Part shown: in pieces, positions 46,414-55,938 of the stretch
How positions within the stretch are numbered: the first letter of the stretch is position 1
Layout of the letters: every line of letters starts with the position of its first letter
Assembly: GCA_016186795.1 (NCBI GenBank)
Contig: JACPKY010000002.1
Span: forward strand, 154,593-218,592
Direction: 5' to 3'
Length of the DNA: 64,000 bases
Source: Candidatus Gottesmanbacteria bacterium
GTDB lineage: Bacteria > Patescibacteriota > Microgenomatia > 2-02-FULL-39-11
Notes under the pieces: generated by a model
The model's database searches: none
What the model saw: the letters and a program-made list of their open reading frames with translations, nothing else
Told to the model about the DNA's origin: nothing
Made by a program: the position numbers and the translations under genes

Positions 46414-49356
46414 TTATTTTTCTGCTAGGACTTTTTTAAGTTCAATTCCGGTGTACGAGGAATGATTGATAGTGAGATCATAGGGGGTACCCGTTGCAAT
46501 GATTTTTCCACCATTTTCGCCACCATCTGGGCCTAAATCTATAATCCAATCGGCATTTTTCAATACATCGAGGTTATGCTCGATGACGATAACGGTATTA
46601 CCCATTGCAACGAGAGCGTGAAGAACGTCCAGAAGTTTTTCAAGATCAGCGAAATGAAGACCAGTGGTTGGTTCATCCAAAATATACAAAGTATCACGGG
46701 TGCTTTTTTTGGATAATTCGGTAGCGAGTTTCACCCGTTGAGCTTCTCCGCCAGAAAGTTGGGGGGCGGGTTGGCCCAAATGAATATAGGAGAGTCCAAC
46801 CTCAAACAGTGTATCGAGTTTTGATGAAAGACCCGGGATATTTCGAAAAAACTCACGCGCCTCCTCGACGGTCATTTCCAGTATTTCGGCAACATTTTTC
46901 CCTTTAAATCGAACTTCAAGGGTTTCTGAATTGAAACGAGTACCATTGCATACCTCACATGTAACATAGACATCTGGAAGAAATTGCATCTCAATTTTTG
47001 TTACACCCTCGCCTTCGCATGCTTCACACCGTCCTCCTTTCACGTTAAAGGAAAATCTTCCTGGGTTAAATCCTCGGATCCGTGCCTCGTTTGTTTGCGC
47101 GAGAAGTTCGCGAACGAAAGTAAATGCACCGGTATACGTGGCAGGGTTGCTTCGAGGAGTTCTCCCTATTGGTGATTGATCGATAAGAATAACACGTTTC
47201 AGTTTTTCCAACCCCTCAATTTTTTGAAACTTTCCAATTTTCTCGCGATGGTATGGATTAAAGTGTGTCGCCAATGCTTGATAGAGTGTGTCGATGACCA
47301 GAGTAGATTTTCCGCTTCCGGACACCCCACTTACACACACAAATTTTCGAAGAGGAAACGATGCAGTAATTTCTTTTAAATTATTCTCGCCTGCTCCAAT
47401 AAGCGTTATCCTATCAAGATCTTCTTCGTTTACGTGCGTCAGGGGCCTTTGCAACTGGATTTTTTTCTTTCCGGACAAATATTTTCCGGTCAATGACGAT
47501 TTATCATGGAGTATGTCCTTATAGGTTCCGAAGGCAATAATTTTCCCGCCGTGTTCTCCAGCACCGGGTCCAAAATCAGCAATGATATCGGCGTTTTCCA
47601 TCATTTCTCGATCGTGCTCAACAACAATGACACTATTTCCTAAATCTCTCAAATGCCTCAATGTATCAATAAGTTTTTTATTATCTTTGGCGTGAAGTCC
47701 GATTGAAGGTTCATCGAGCACGTACAAAACACCTGATAACCCTGACCCAATTTGTGAGGCAAGACGAATTCGCTGTGCTTCACCTCCGGAAAGACTTGTA
47801 GCACCTCGGTCCAGTGTCAAATAGTCAAGGCCAACAGAAAGAAGGAACTGAAGCCTACCAATTATTTCTCGAAGCACCAGATTGGCAATTGCCTTTTCCC
47901 GTTGACTGAATCGAGTTTGGACGTTTTCAATCCACTGTTTTGCAAGGCGAATTGAAAGCCTCGTCACGTCAACAATTGATTTACTATCGATGGAAACGGA
48001 TAATGCCTCCTTTTTAAGTCGCTTTCCCTCACATGACGGGCAGATTTGAGATTGCATGTACTTTGAAATTTCATGGCGGACAAATTCAGATTCTGTTTTA
48101 CTAAATCTTCGTTCCAATTCCGGTATAATCCCTGGGTATGTTTCGTAGATCGTTACCTCCCGACCGAAGCGATTTTCACCAGTTACGGCATATTCTGTTT
48201 CACCGGTACCATAGAGAAGCTTTTGGTTTTGCTCTTTTGACAATTCCCGAAGAGGTCTATCAAGACGGATTCCGAATGATTTTGCTACATGGAGGATGAT
48301 TCTCCCATACCATGTATCGGAGAAAATAATTTTCGCAAAAGGAAGAATCGCGCCCTCGTTAATCGTCAGATTCGGATTAATGATAAGATCAGGATTTATA
48401 CGAAGCAGGGAACCAATACCGCCACAAGAAGGACATGCACCATGCGGAGAGTTAAACGAGAATATACGAGGTTCAATTTCCGGAATAGAAATATTGCATA
48501 CTGGACAAGAAAAGTTTACGGAATAAAGGGTATCATGGAGTTTTTTCGGTTTATCGGGAAAGGTAAATGATGCGTCGGTAACTTCACTTACTATTGCAAG
48601 GCCCTCCGAAAGTGTAATTGACTGTTCTATAGCTTCAGTCATGCGCATTCTGGTACTTTTCAACTCATCTTCTTTCAACCCCCGTTTTTCCAAAGTAAAC
48701 CGATCCATAACAACATCAATGGAATGCTTATTTGTTTTGATAAGAATTAAATCTTCAGAAAGAGAATAGATTGTACCGTCAACTCGTACAGCGGTGTACC
48801 CCTTTGAGCGAAGAGTATCAAATAGTTGTGTAAACTCACCTTTCCGATCACGAATGACAGGCGATAATATCATAACTCGAATCGGTTTTTTGGAAGATAC
48901 TTTTACTTTCTGGGAAAGGGATTGCATGATGGTATCAACGATTAGTTGTGGCGACTGACGAATGATCTCTCTTCCGCAATTTGGGCAGTGCGGATGACCT
49001 ACCCGAGCGAAAAGGAGTCTGAGATAATCGTATATTTCTGTAATAGTTCCAACTGTTGAGCGTGGATTGTGTGACGTCGATTTTTGATCAATAGAAATTG
49101 CAGGAGAAAGACCATCAATTGCATCAACATCTGGTTTATCCATCACCCCTAAGAATTGACGTGCGTAGGAAGATAAACTTTCAACATATCTTCGTTGCCC
49201 CTCCGCATAAATAGTATCAAACGCAAGGGAGGATTTTCCTGATCCTGAGACTCCGGTGAATACTACCAAAGAGTTTTTGGGAATATCCAGATGGACATTT
49301 TTCAGATTATTTTCCCTTGCACCACGGATATGGATTGTAGAAGTATTTTGGGACAT
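46414..49356 (-). CDS. uvrA: Excinuclease ABC subunit A
   Basis: Two ABC ATPase modules (GVSGSGKSSLAF; GVSGSGKSTLV), zinc-finger cysteines, LSGGE signature motifs. 980 aa. Confidence 0.9.
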   Translation of the reverse strand: MSQNTSTIHIRGARENNLKNVHLDIPKNSLVVFTGVSGSGKSSLAFDTIYAEGQRRYVESLSSYARQFLGVMDKPDVDAIDGLSPAISIDQKSTSHNPRSTVGTITEIYDYLRLLFARVGHPHCPNCGREIIRQSPQLIVDTIMQSLSQKVKVSSKKPIRVMILSPVIRDRKGEFTQLFDTLRSKGYTAVRVDGTIYSLSEDLILIKTNKHSIDVVMDRFTLEKRGLKEDELKSTRMRMTEAIEQSITLSEGLAIVSEVTDASFTFPDKPKKLHDTLYSVNFSCPVCNISIPEIEPRIFSFNSPHGACPSCGGIGSLLRINPDLIINPNLTINEGAILPFAKIIFSDTWYGRIILHVAKSFGIRLDRPLRELSKEQNQKLLYGTGETEYAVTGENRFGREVTIYETYPGIIPELERRFSKTESEFVRHEISKYMQSQICPSCEGKRLKKEALSVSIDSKSIVDVTRLSIRLAKQWIENVQTRFSQREKAIANLVLREIIGRLQFLLSVGLDYLTLDRGATSLSGGEAQRIRLASQIGSGLSGVLYVLDEPSIGLHAKDNKKLIDTLRHLRDLGNSVIVVEHDREMMENADIIADFGPGAGEHGGKIIAFGTYKDILHDKSSLTGKYLSGKKKIQLQRPLTHVNEEDLDRITLIGAGENNLKEITASFPLRKFVCVSGVSGSGKSTLVIDTLYQALATHFNPYHREKIGKFQKIEGLEKLKRVILIDQSPIGRTPRSNPATYTGAFTFVRELLAQTNEARIRGFNPGRFSFNVKGGRCEACEGEGVTKIEMQFLPDVYVTCEVCNGTRFNSETLEVRFKGKNVAEILEMTVEEAREFFRNIPGLSSKLDTLFEVGLSYIHLGQPAPQLSGGEAQRVKLATELSKKSTRDTLYILDEPTTGLHFADLEKLLDVLHALVAMGNTVIVIEHNLDVLKNADWIIDLGPDGGENGGKIIATGTPYDLTINHSSYTGIELKKVLAEK

Positions 49357-49370
49357 GTAATTTATGAGAT

Positions 49371-51437
49371 TTATAAAAGAGTTCTAATCTTATCACGAAT
49401 TTCCGCAGCAAGCTCAAAGTTCAGATCCTTAGCAGCTTCTTTCATTTCCTTTTCAAGTTTTTTGATAAAACGCGTTCTATCATACGGAGTCAGTTGAGAG
49501 TCGTCAACACGTGCAAGGAGATCTCGGTATTCAATGCGTTTTCGTGTGTCAAGATTTTCATCAACCTTTGTAATACTCCGATCCTTTTCAAGCGCAAGCT
49601 TTTCTCGTATCGGTTTATCGATGCTTTGAGGAGTAATGCCGTGTAACCTATTATATCGAAGTTGATACATACGACGTCTGGTAATTTCTTCAATTGCTCG
49701 CTTCATTGATCCGGTTTGACTATCGGCATACATAATTACCTTTCCCCTGATGTGACGAGCTGCTCTCCCCATGGTCTGAATAAGCGATGTTTGACTTCGT
49801 AGAAAGCCTTCTTTATCTGCATCAAGGATAGCAACGAGTGATACTTCCGGAAGATCCAGTCCCTCTCTTAGCAAATTAATGCCAACCAAAACATCGTATG
49901 AACCATGGCGCAAATCATCAAGAATATCACTTCTTTCAAGCGTTTGGATATCTGAGTGAAGGTATTGAACCTTGGGAACATCTGATGTTATTTTTGAAAT
50001 TTTTGAATCAGAGAGATACTTCTGTGCGTTGAGATATTCGGTGAGATCTTCCGCCATGCGTTTTGTGAGAGTTGTGACAAGGACTCTTTCCTTTCTCGCT
50101 TTTCTCATAAGTATCTCGCGTGCGAGATCACTTACCTGCCCGTAAGTTGGGCGAATTTCAATTTCAGGATCCACGATACCGGTTGGACGAACAAGTTGCT
50201 CGACAACACCAGAATGTACCTTTGTTAACGATATCTCCCAGTCGCTCGGTGTTGCAGAAACAAAGATCGTTTGTGGTATTCGATGCATAAACTCACTAAA
50301 TGTAAGTGGGCGATTATCGAGTGCTGCAGGAAGACGGAAACCAAAATCCACAAGTGTTTGTTTCCGGGACTTGTCTCCGTTGTACATACCCCGGATTTGC
50401 GGAATTGTCATATGTGACTCATCAATAAAAAGGAGCCAATCGTTTTTGTACGGTTGACGGTAATAATCAAGAAGCGTATATGGAGGATCACCGGGTTTTC
50501 GGCCGTCAAAATATCTCGAGTAATTTTCAATTCCGTTGACATAACCAGTTTCGGCAATCATCTCAAGGTCAAAACGAACACGTTTATCGAGTCTATGCGC
50601 TTCAAATTCTTTTCCATTTGCGCGTAAGATGCGTATCTGTTTTTCCAGATCTTCACGTATCTGACGTTCTACCCGAGTATATGCGGCTGGATCAGTCATG
50701 TAGTGTTTTGCCGGATAAATGGTATAGTGTTCAAGCGATTCGAGCTCCTTGGCATTGATTGGATCAATTGCTACAATTCGAAGTACATTTTCTCCGGTAT
50801 GGAACAGTCGGATTGCAAAGTCTTCATATGCAGGGAAAATATCAATTACTTCACCGCGTACGCGAAAACTTCCTCTTTTAAAATCATGCGGTTGCCTCCC
50901 ATATTGCAGAGCCACTAATCTCTTGAAGATGGAGTCGCGACTGATACGTACTCCCGGGCGAAGCTCCAGAATGAACTGCCCGTACTCCTTTGGTGAACCA
51001 ATATTGTAAATACACGAAACAGAAGCAACGATGATTGTATCTTTCCTTGTCAACAAATTCATTGTTGCGCTTAAACGGAGCTTGTCAATTTCTTCGTTAA
51101 TCTCGGTTTCTTTCTCAATGTATGTATCTGTTTGTGGAATGTACGCTTCCGGCTGATAGTAATCGTAGTATGAAACAAAGTAACCCACCGCATTTTTTGG
51201 GAAAAATACCTTAAATTCCTGATACAGTTGAGCCGCGAGTGTCTTATTGTGTGATATGACCAGTGTTGGACGCTTAAGCTTTTCTATAACGTTTGCCATA
51301 GTGAATGTTTTTCCACTTCCCGTTACCCCGATAAGAACTTGGTATGGCAATCCATTCTCAACACCTTTTGTTAGAGATTCTATAGCCTCCGGTTGATCGC
51401 CTGTTGGCTGAAAGGGTTGTTGGATTTTAAATTTCAT
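49371..51437 (-). CDS. uvrB: Excinuclease ABC subunit B. Start at MKFKIQQPF.
   Basis: PTGDQPEAI, GVTGSGKTFT Walker A, helicase motifs, and C-terminal UvrB/UvrC interaction helix. Confidence 0.9.
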   Translation of the reverse strand: MKFKIQQPFQPTGDQPEAIESLTKGVENGLPYQVLIGVTGSGKTFTMANVIEKLKRPTLVISHNKTLAAQLYQEFKVFFPKNAVGYFVSYYDYYQPEAYIPQTDTYIEKETEINEEIDKLRLSATMNLLTRKDTIIVASVSCIYNIGSPKEYGQFILELRPGVRISRDSIFKRLVALQYGRQPHDFKRGSFRVRGEVIDIFPAYEDFAIRLFHTGENVLRIVAIDPINAKELESLEHYTIYPAKHYMTDPAAYTRVERQIREDLEKQIRILRANGKEFEAHRLDKRVRFDLEMIAETGYVNGIENYSRYFDGRKPGDPPYTLLDYYRQPYKNDWLLFIDESHMTIPQIRGMYNGDKSRKQTLVDFGFRLPAALDNRPLTFSEFMHRIPQTIFVSATPSDWEISLTKVHSGVVEQLVRPTGIVDPEIEIRPTYGQVSDLAREILMRKARKERVLVTTLTKRMAEDLTEYLNAQKYLSDSKISKITSDVPKVQYLHSDIQTLERSDILDDLRHGSYDVLVGINLLREGLDLPEVSLVAILDADKEGFLRSQTSLIQTMGRAARHIRGKVIMYADSQTGSMKRAIEEITRRRMYQLRYNRLHGITPQSIDKPIREKLALEKDRSITKVDENLDTRKRIEYRDLLARVDDSQLTPYDRTRFIKKLEKEMKEAAKDLNFELAAEIRDKIRTLL

Positions 51438-51551
51438 GTGATATATTGTAACATAGAAAGAGTTGGTTGACATTCGGATTTTTTTGTACTACTCTTGATT
51501 TATTAGCTTGCATAAAAGCAATTTTTAATAACTTCATTTCGGAGAATTTCC

Positions 51552-52178
51552 ATGATTCCTGTCCTATATAGTAAAGAACGCCAGGTCCTCGAATTCATAG
51601 GCCAATACATCCAAAGACATGGATATGCGCCAACACTGACAGAAATTGCGGAAGGGCTAGGTTTAAGCGCTGTTTCCACAGTTCATGAACACCTTGCCAA
51701 ACTTGAGCAGAAAGGTTTTATCAAAAAAACAGCAGGTTTTGAGCGGGGAATTGAACTTATTGAAGGAAAGATCAGGACAAGCATCAATGAAACTGCCGTA
51801 GAATTACCAGTTCTGGGGTTTATTGCCGCAGGGAGTCCCCTCGAACCTCATACAGATCCTAATTTCTATATATCTGTACCAGGTAACCTTTTTTCTCAGA
51901 AGAAACCTGGATACGTTCTGCAAGTGAAAGGAAGTTCCATGATTGATGAAGGAATACTTGATGGTGACTATGTTATTGTTCAGCATCAACAGGAAGCAGA
52001 GAATGGAGATATAGTTGTTGCGACATTACCGAACGGTTTGGCAACACTGAAACGAATTTTTTTTGAGAAAGATAGAGTGAAACTTGCTCCCGCAAATTCT
52101 GCTATGTCGCCAATATATGCAACTGAAGTAAAAATTCAGGGACGTGTGGTTGCAGTTATACGGAAATATGCGTATTAA
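51552..52178 (+). CDS. lexA: LexA repressor
   Basis: N-terminal winged HTH (LTEIAEGLGLSAVSTVHEHLAKLEQKGFI). C-terminal S24 peptidase with VKGSSMIDEGI (Ser) and Lys dyad. Confidence 0.85.
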   Translation: MIPVLYSKERQVLEFIGQYIQRHGYAPTLTEIAEGLGLSAVSTVHEHLAKLEQKGFIKKTAGFERGIELIEGKIRTSINETAVELPVLGFIAAGSPLEPHTDPNFYISVPGNLFSQKKPGYVLQVKGSSMIDEGILDGDYVIVQHQQEAENGDIVVATLPNGLATLKRIFFEKDRVKLAPANSAMSPIYATEVKIQGRVVAVIRKYAY

Positions 52179-52185
52179 ATGAGTT

Positions 52186-53376
52186 CTACGTATTTTCGCC
52201 GTTACTTAGTAACACTTCAATTCCGGGTAGCGTTCCTTTCTCAAGATAGGCAAGCATAGCACTTCCTCCGGAGGAAACATGCCCAATTTTTTCAAGATAC
52301 TTTGCCTTTGAGATACTGGTGAGAGTATCCCCACCACCTATGATAGTAAATGCAGAAGACGAAGCTAAAGACTCAAGAAGCGTATCAGTGCCCTTCCTGA
52401 AACGAGGATCCTCATAAAGTCCCATTGGACCGTTCCATATTATCGTGCCGGCTTCTTTTATAAGTTCTCGGTAATGCGATTGAGTCTTTGGTCCAATATC
52501 GTATATGGCAACATTATGCGGGACATGGGTATAAGGCACTACTTTTGGTTTTGCTTTTCGCTCCATATCAGAAATAACAACGTCTGTTGGAAGAAGTAAG
52601 GCGCAATGTTTCCGTGTCGTTTTCCAAAAAACAACACGTGCCATTTCAACCATTTCGTAGTCAACTAACGAACGACCGGTTCCAAATCCCCACGCCGCAA
52701 GGAATGTATTTGCAATTGCTCCACCAAGTGCAACGGTATCTGCTATATTCAAAAGCCGTTCGATGACAGAAATCTTCTCAGGAGTTTTTGCTCCTCCAAT
52801 AATAAGGAGAAGCGGACGCTTTGGGGATGAAATTGCTTTAGATAACATGTGGATTTCCATTTCCATTAATAACCCTGCATATGAGGGAAGGAATTCCGTG
52901 ATTCCGACAATCGATGAGTGTACCCGGTGTGATGTTCCAAACGCATCATTGACAAAAAAATCAGCCATGGAGGCAAGATGTTTGGAGAAATTTCTGTCAT
53001 TTTTTTCTTCACCCTCAAAAAATCGTATGTTTTCCAAAAGGATAATATTTTTTTGTTTCTCTCTTGAAATTACATCGAGGGCTTTTTTCTCCCAGAAGTT
53101 GTCGATAAGTTTTACATCGGTTTTTGTTAACTCCCTAAGTTTATGCGCGACTGGTTTCAGGCTAAATGCAGCATCGTACCCTCGAGGGCGACCTAAATGT
53201 GATGCAATGATGATTGTGGCGCCTCTTTTTTTCAAATAGTTGATTGTTGGAAGCGTTTCTACAATCCTAGTGTCGTTACCAATATGTCCATTTTCAAGAG
53301 AGATATTAAAATCAGCTGTCAAAAAGACAGTTTTCCCGGAAATATTCTTGAGATCCTTCAGGGTACGTAATTTCAT
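52186..53376 (-). CDS. pgk: Phosphoglycerate kinase
   Basis: Typical PGK N-terminus (RTLKDL...GKTVFLTADFN), IIIASHLGRP motif, C-terminal GGGD..T nucleotide-binding motif. Confidence 0.9.
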   Translation of the reverse strand: MKLRTLKDLKNISGKTVFLTADFNISLENGHIGNDTRIVETLPTINYLKKRGATIIIASHLGRPRGYDAAFSLKPVAHKLRELTKTDVKLIDNFWEKKALDVISREKQKNIILLENIRFFEGEEKNDRNFSKHLASMADFFVNDAFGTSHRVHSSIVGITEFLPSYAGLLMEMEIHMLSKAISSPKRPLLLIIGGAKTPEKISVIERLLNIADTVALGGAIANTFLAAWGFGTGRSLVDYEMVEMARVVFWKTTRKHCALLLPTDVVISDMERKAKPKVVPYTHVPHNVAIYDIGPKTQSHYRELIKEAGTIIWNGPMGLYEDPRFRKGTDTLLESLASSSAFTIIGGGDTLTSISKAKYLEKIGHVSSGGSAMLAYLEKGTLPGIEVLLSNGENT

Positions 53377-53381
53377 ACAAA

Positions 53382-54392
53382 TTAGGATGATTTACCAACA
53401 AAGGAAACCATATCAACCAACCGAGAGGTATAACCAAATTCGTTATCGTACCAGGCATATACAGTAGCAAATTTCGGAGAAGTAACGGTAGTTAGATACG
53501 GATCAATGATCGAAGAGTGAGGATTACCCGTAAAATCCTTTGAAACAAGTTCGTCCTTGGCAACGTCTACTACTCCTCTCATAGATGCGGCACTTGCTTT
53601 TCGAAAAGCGCTATTTATACTTTCAACGGTTGTTGGTTTATCAACCCATACAGAGAGTACAATAAGTGATACAGTCAAAAGCGGTACGCGAATTGCGCGG
53701 CAGGAAAGAAAACCCCTGAGCCTCGGAAATAATTTTCCAATATCGTTTGCGGATCCAGTTGAGGCGGGAATCATAGAGGCAAAAGAAGCTCTCCGTAAGC
53801 GCACTTCTTTTTTATGGGAGTTATCAAGAAGATTTTGGGAATCGGTTACGGCATGGACTGTAGTCATGACTCCCTGGGTAACTCCAAAAGCATCGTCAAT
53901 GACCGCGAGCGTTGTCGCAAGACAATTTGTTGTACACGATGAGTTAGAAATTATTGTGTCTACTTTCGGATCGAATGATTTTTCATTTACTCCAATAACA
54001 AGAGTTTTTGTATCGTCTTTAGCCGGAGCAGAAAGGACTACACGCTTTGCACCAGCTTTTAAATGGCCGTTAAGATCAGCACTGGTACTATATTTTCCGG
54101 TTGCCTCAATGACAACATCGACCTTGGACTTCTTCCAAGGTATTTCAGAAGGAGTGTCAATTTGGTAAACATCGACATTCTCACCATCTATTCGCAAGCG
54201 GTTTTCTCCAGGTTGAATATCATTTTTGAGAGTTCCATACGTTGAATCATATTTGAGAAGATATGCATGTGAGGAACTATCGGCTTTGCTATTTATAGCA
54301 ACGAGCTTAAGATCTGATCGCGTGAGAATTATACGGGCAGCAATTCTGCCAATTCTTCCAAAACCATTAATAGCAACACGAACTTGATTCAT
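53382..54392 (-). CDS. gap: Glyceraldehyde-3-phosphate dehydrogenase. Start at MNQVRVAING.
   Basis: VAINGFGRIGR NAD-binding motif and SCTTNCLA active-site Cys. Confidence 0.9.
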   Translation of the reverse strand: MNQVRVAINGFGRIGRIAARIILTRSDLKLVAINSKADSSSHAYLLKYDSTYGTLKNDIQPGENRLRIDGENVDVYQIDTPSEIPWKKSKVDVVIEATGKYSTSADLNGHLKAGAKRVVLSAPAKDDTKTLVIGVNEKSFDPKVDTIISNSSCTTNCLATTLAVIDDAFGVTQGVMTTVHAVTDSQNLLDNSHKKEVRLRRASFASMIPASTGSANDIGKLFPRLRGFLSCRAIRVPLLTVSLIVLSVWVDKPTTVESINSAFRKASAASMRGVVDVAKDELVSKDFTGNPHSSIIDPYLTTVTSPKFATVYAWYDNEFGYTSRLVDMVSFVGKSS

Positions 54393-54432
54393 AAATTGTA
54401 TGAATTTATCATACGATTTTTTGAGAGCGTAA

Positions 54433-55083
54433 TCAAGTGGGAAGCGGTGTAATCTGCAGTGTATCTTTGGAAACAATTTTACCTTCTTTGGAAAATGTGT
54501 ACACGATAACTTCACCTGTCGCGATCTCGACAGATGAAATCTTCTCATCAGGAATATTTTCCAGAAACTTCATAAGTGCACGTATCGTATTTCCGTGAGT
54601 AACAAAAAGAATATTACTCCCCTTTTGGATATATGGAAGGATATTTTTTTTAAATGCGGGGACAACTCGGTTGTAAACATCTTTCAACGACTCTCCCTGC
54701 GGAATTGGCACATCCCATCCTCGTCGTATGCGAATGAACTCTTCTTTCCCAACTTTTGATTCAATATCCCACTTATTTTTGCCTGTATAAATGCCATAAT
54801 TTCTTTCGTTATACGAAGCATCTTCAATAGTTGGAAGTGTTTCAATCCGAAGCTTTCTTTTCATGATTTCCAAAGTTTCTTTGGCACGAACAAGCGTTGA
54901 AGTAAAGGCAATATCAAAATGAATATGGGATAGATTATTGCAAGCTGTTTCAGCTTCTTTTTTCCCTTTTTCTGATAATCCTATATCCGTCCAGCCCGTC
55001 CACAAGCTTTTTGCATTCCACAGTGATTCGCCGTGTCGAATACATACAAGACGACTACCATTCGTGGAAAGGTCATTCCTCAT
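54433..55083 (-). CDS. gpmA: Phosphoglycerate mutase, histidine-phosphatase family (dPGM-like)
   Basis: LVCIRHGESLWN catalytic RHG motif. 216 aa. Confidence 0.75.
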   Translation of the reverse strand: MRNDLSTNGSRLVCIRHGESLWNAKSLWTGWTDIGLSEKGKKEAETACNNLSHIHFDIAFTSTLVRAKETLEIMKRKLRIETLPTIEDASYNERNYGIYTGKNKWDIESKVGKEEFIRIRRGWDVPIPQGESLKDVYNRVVPAFKKNILPYIQKGSNILFVTHGNTIRALMKFLENIPDEKISSVEIATGEVIVYTFSKEGKIVSKDTLQITPLPT

Positions 55084-55135
55084 AACTCACAGTACAAAAT
55101 ATATAAAATGTGGGAGTTTCGATATAATAGCAACA

Positions 55136-55924
55136 ATGGGAACATTATACATCGTCCCAACTCCTATCGGCAATCTTGAAGATATAACTATTCGCGCGAT
55201 AAAAACTCTTTTTTCTGTTGATTATATTGCATGCGAAGACACTCGAAGAACGGGAATACTGTTGCAGGAATTAAAAAAAAGGTATTTTAATTCTCTTTTG
55301 AGTACGTCTATTGCAACATCGGACAAGTCGAGAATTGTCTTAGAATTGAGTTCTCGACTTCGCTCGAACAATAAAATACCTATACTCATTCCATACTACG
55401 ATGAGGTAGAAATTTATAAGATTCCAGAGATTGTGCAGTATCTTTCAGATGATAAGAATATAGCGCTTGTTAGTGATAGTGGGTCACCGGTTATTGCCGA
55501 TCCAGGTTATAAACTTATTGTCGCTGCAATGAAAAGTGATATTCCTATTATTACGTTGCCCGGTCCAACCTCAGTCATTCCAGCTCTTGTTGCATCAGGG
55601 TTTCCACCAAACAGATTCTACTTTATTGGATTTATTGAAAAACAGAGTCGTGCCAAAAAAGATCAGTTGATGCAAGTGAAAACGATGTGGCAAGCGAGTA
55701 GTAAGGGAATAACAGTTGTGGCCTTTGAATCTCCGAAGCGGTTTATGGAAACTCTTGAAATTCTCAAAGAAATTTTTGGAGATATTCAAATATCGGTTTC
55801 TCGCGAAATGACAAAAATACATGAGAACATTTATCGAGGTACTATTTCTGAACTTCAGAATTCATCACCTTTGTTGAAAGGTGAAATTGTACTTACGTTT
55901 TATATCGGTGGAGACAAAAGTTAA
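55136..55924 (+). CDS. rsmI: 16S rRNA (cytidine1402-2'-O)-methyltransferase RsmI. Start at the internal Met MGTLYIV.
   Basis: LYIVPTPIGNLEDITIRAI..L..VDYIACEDTR tetrapyrrole-methylase-fold N-terminus typical of RsmI. Confidence 0.75.
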   Translation: MGTLYIVPTPIGNLEDITIRAIKTLFSVDYIACEDTRRTGILLQELKKRYFNSLLSTSIATSDKSRIVLELSSRLRSNNKIPILIPYYDEVEIYKIPEIVQYLSDDKNIALVSDSGSPVIADPGYKLIVAAMKSDIPIITLPGPTSVIPALVASGFPPNRFYFIGFIEKQSRAKKDQLMQVKTMWQASSKGITVVAFESPKRFMETLEILKEIFGDIQISVSREMTKIHENIYRGTISELQNSSPLLKGEIVLTFYIGGDKS

Positions 55925-55938
55925 TCCGCCTTGGAGTT

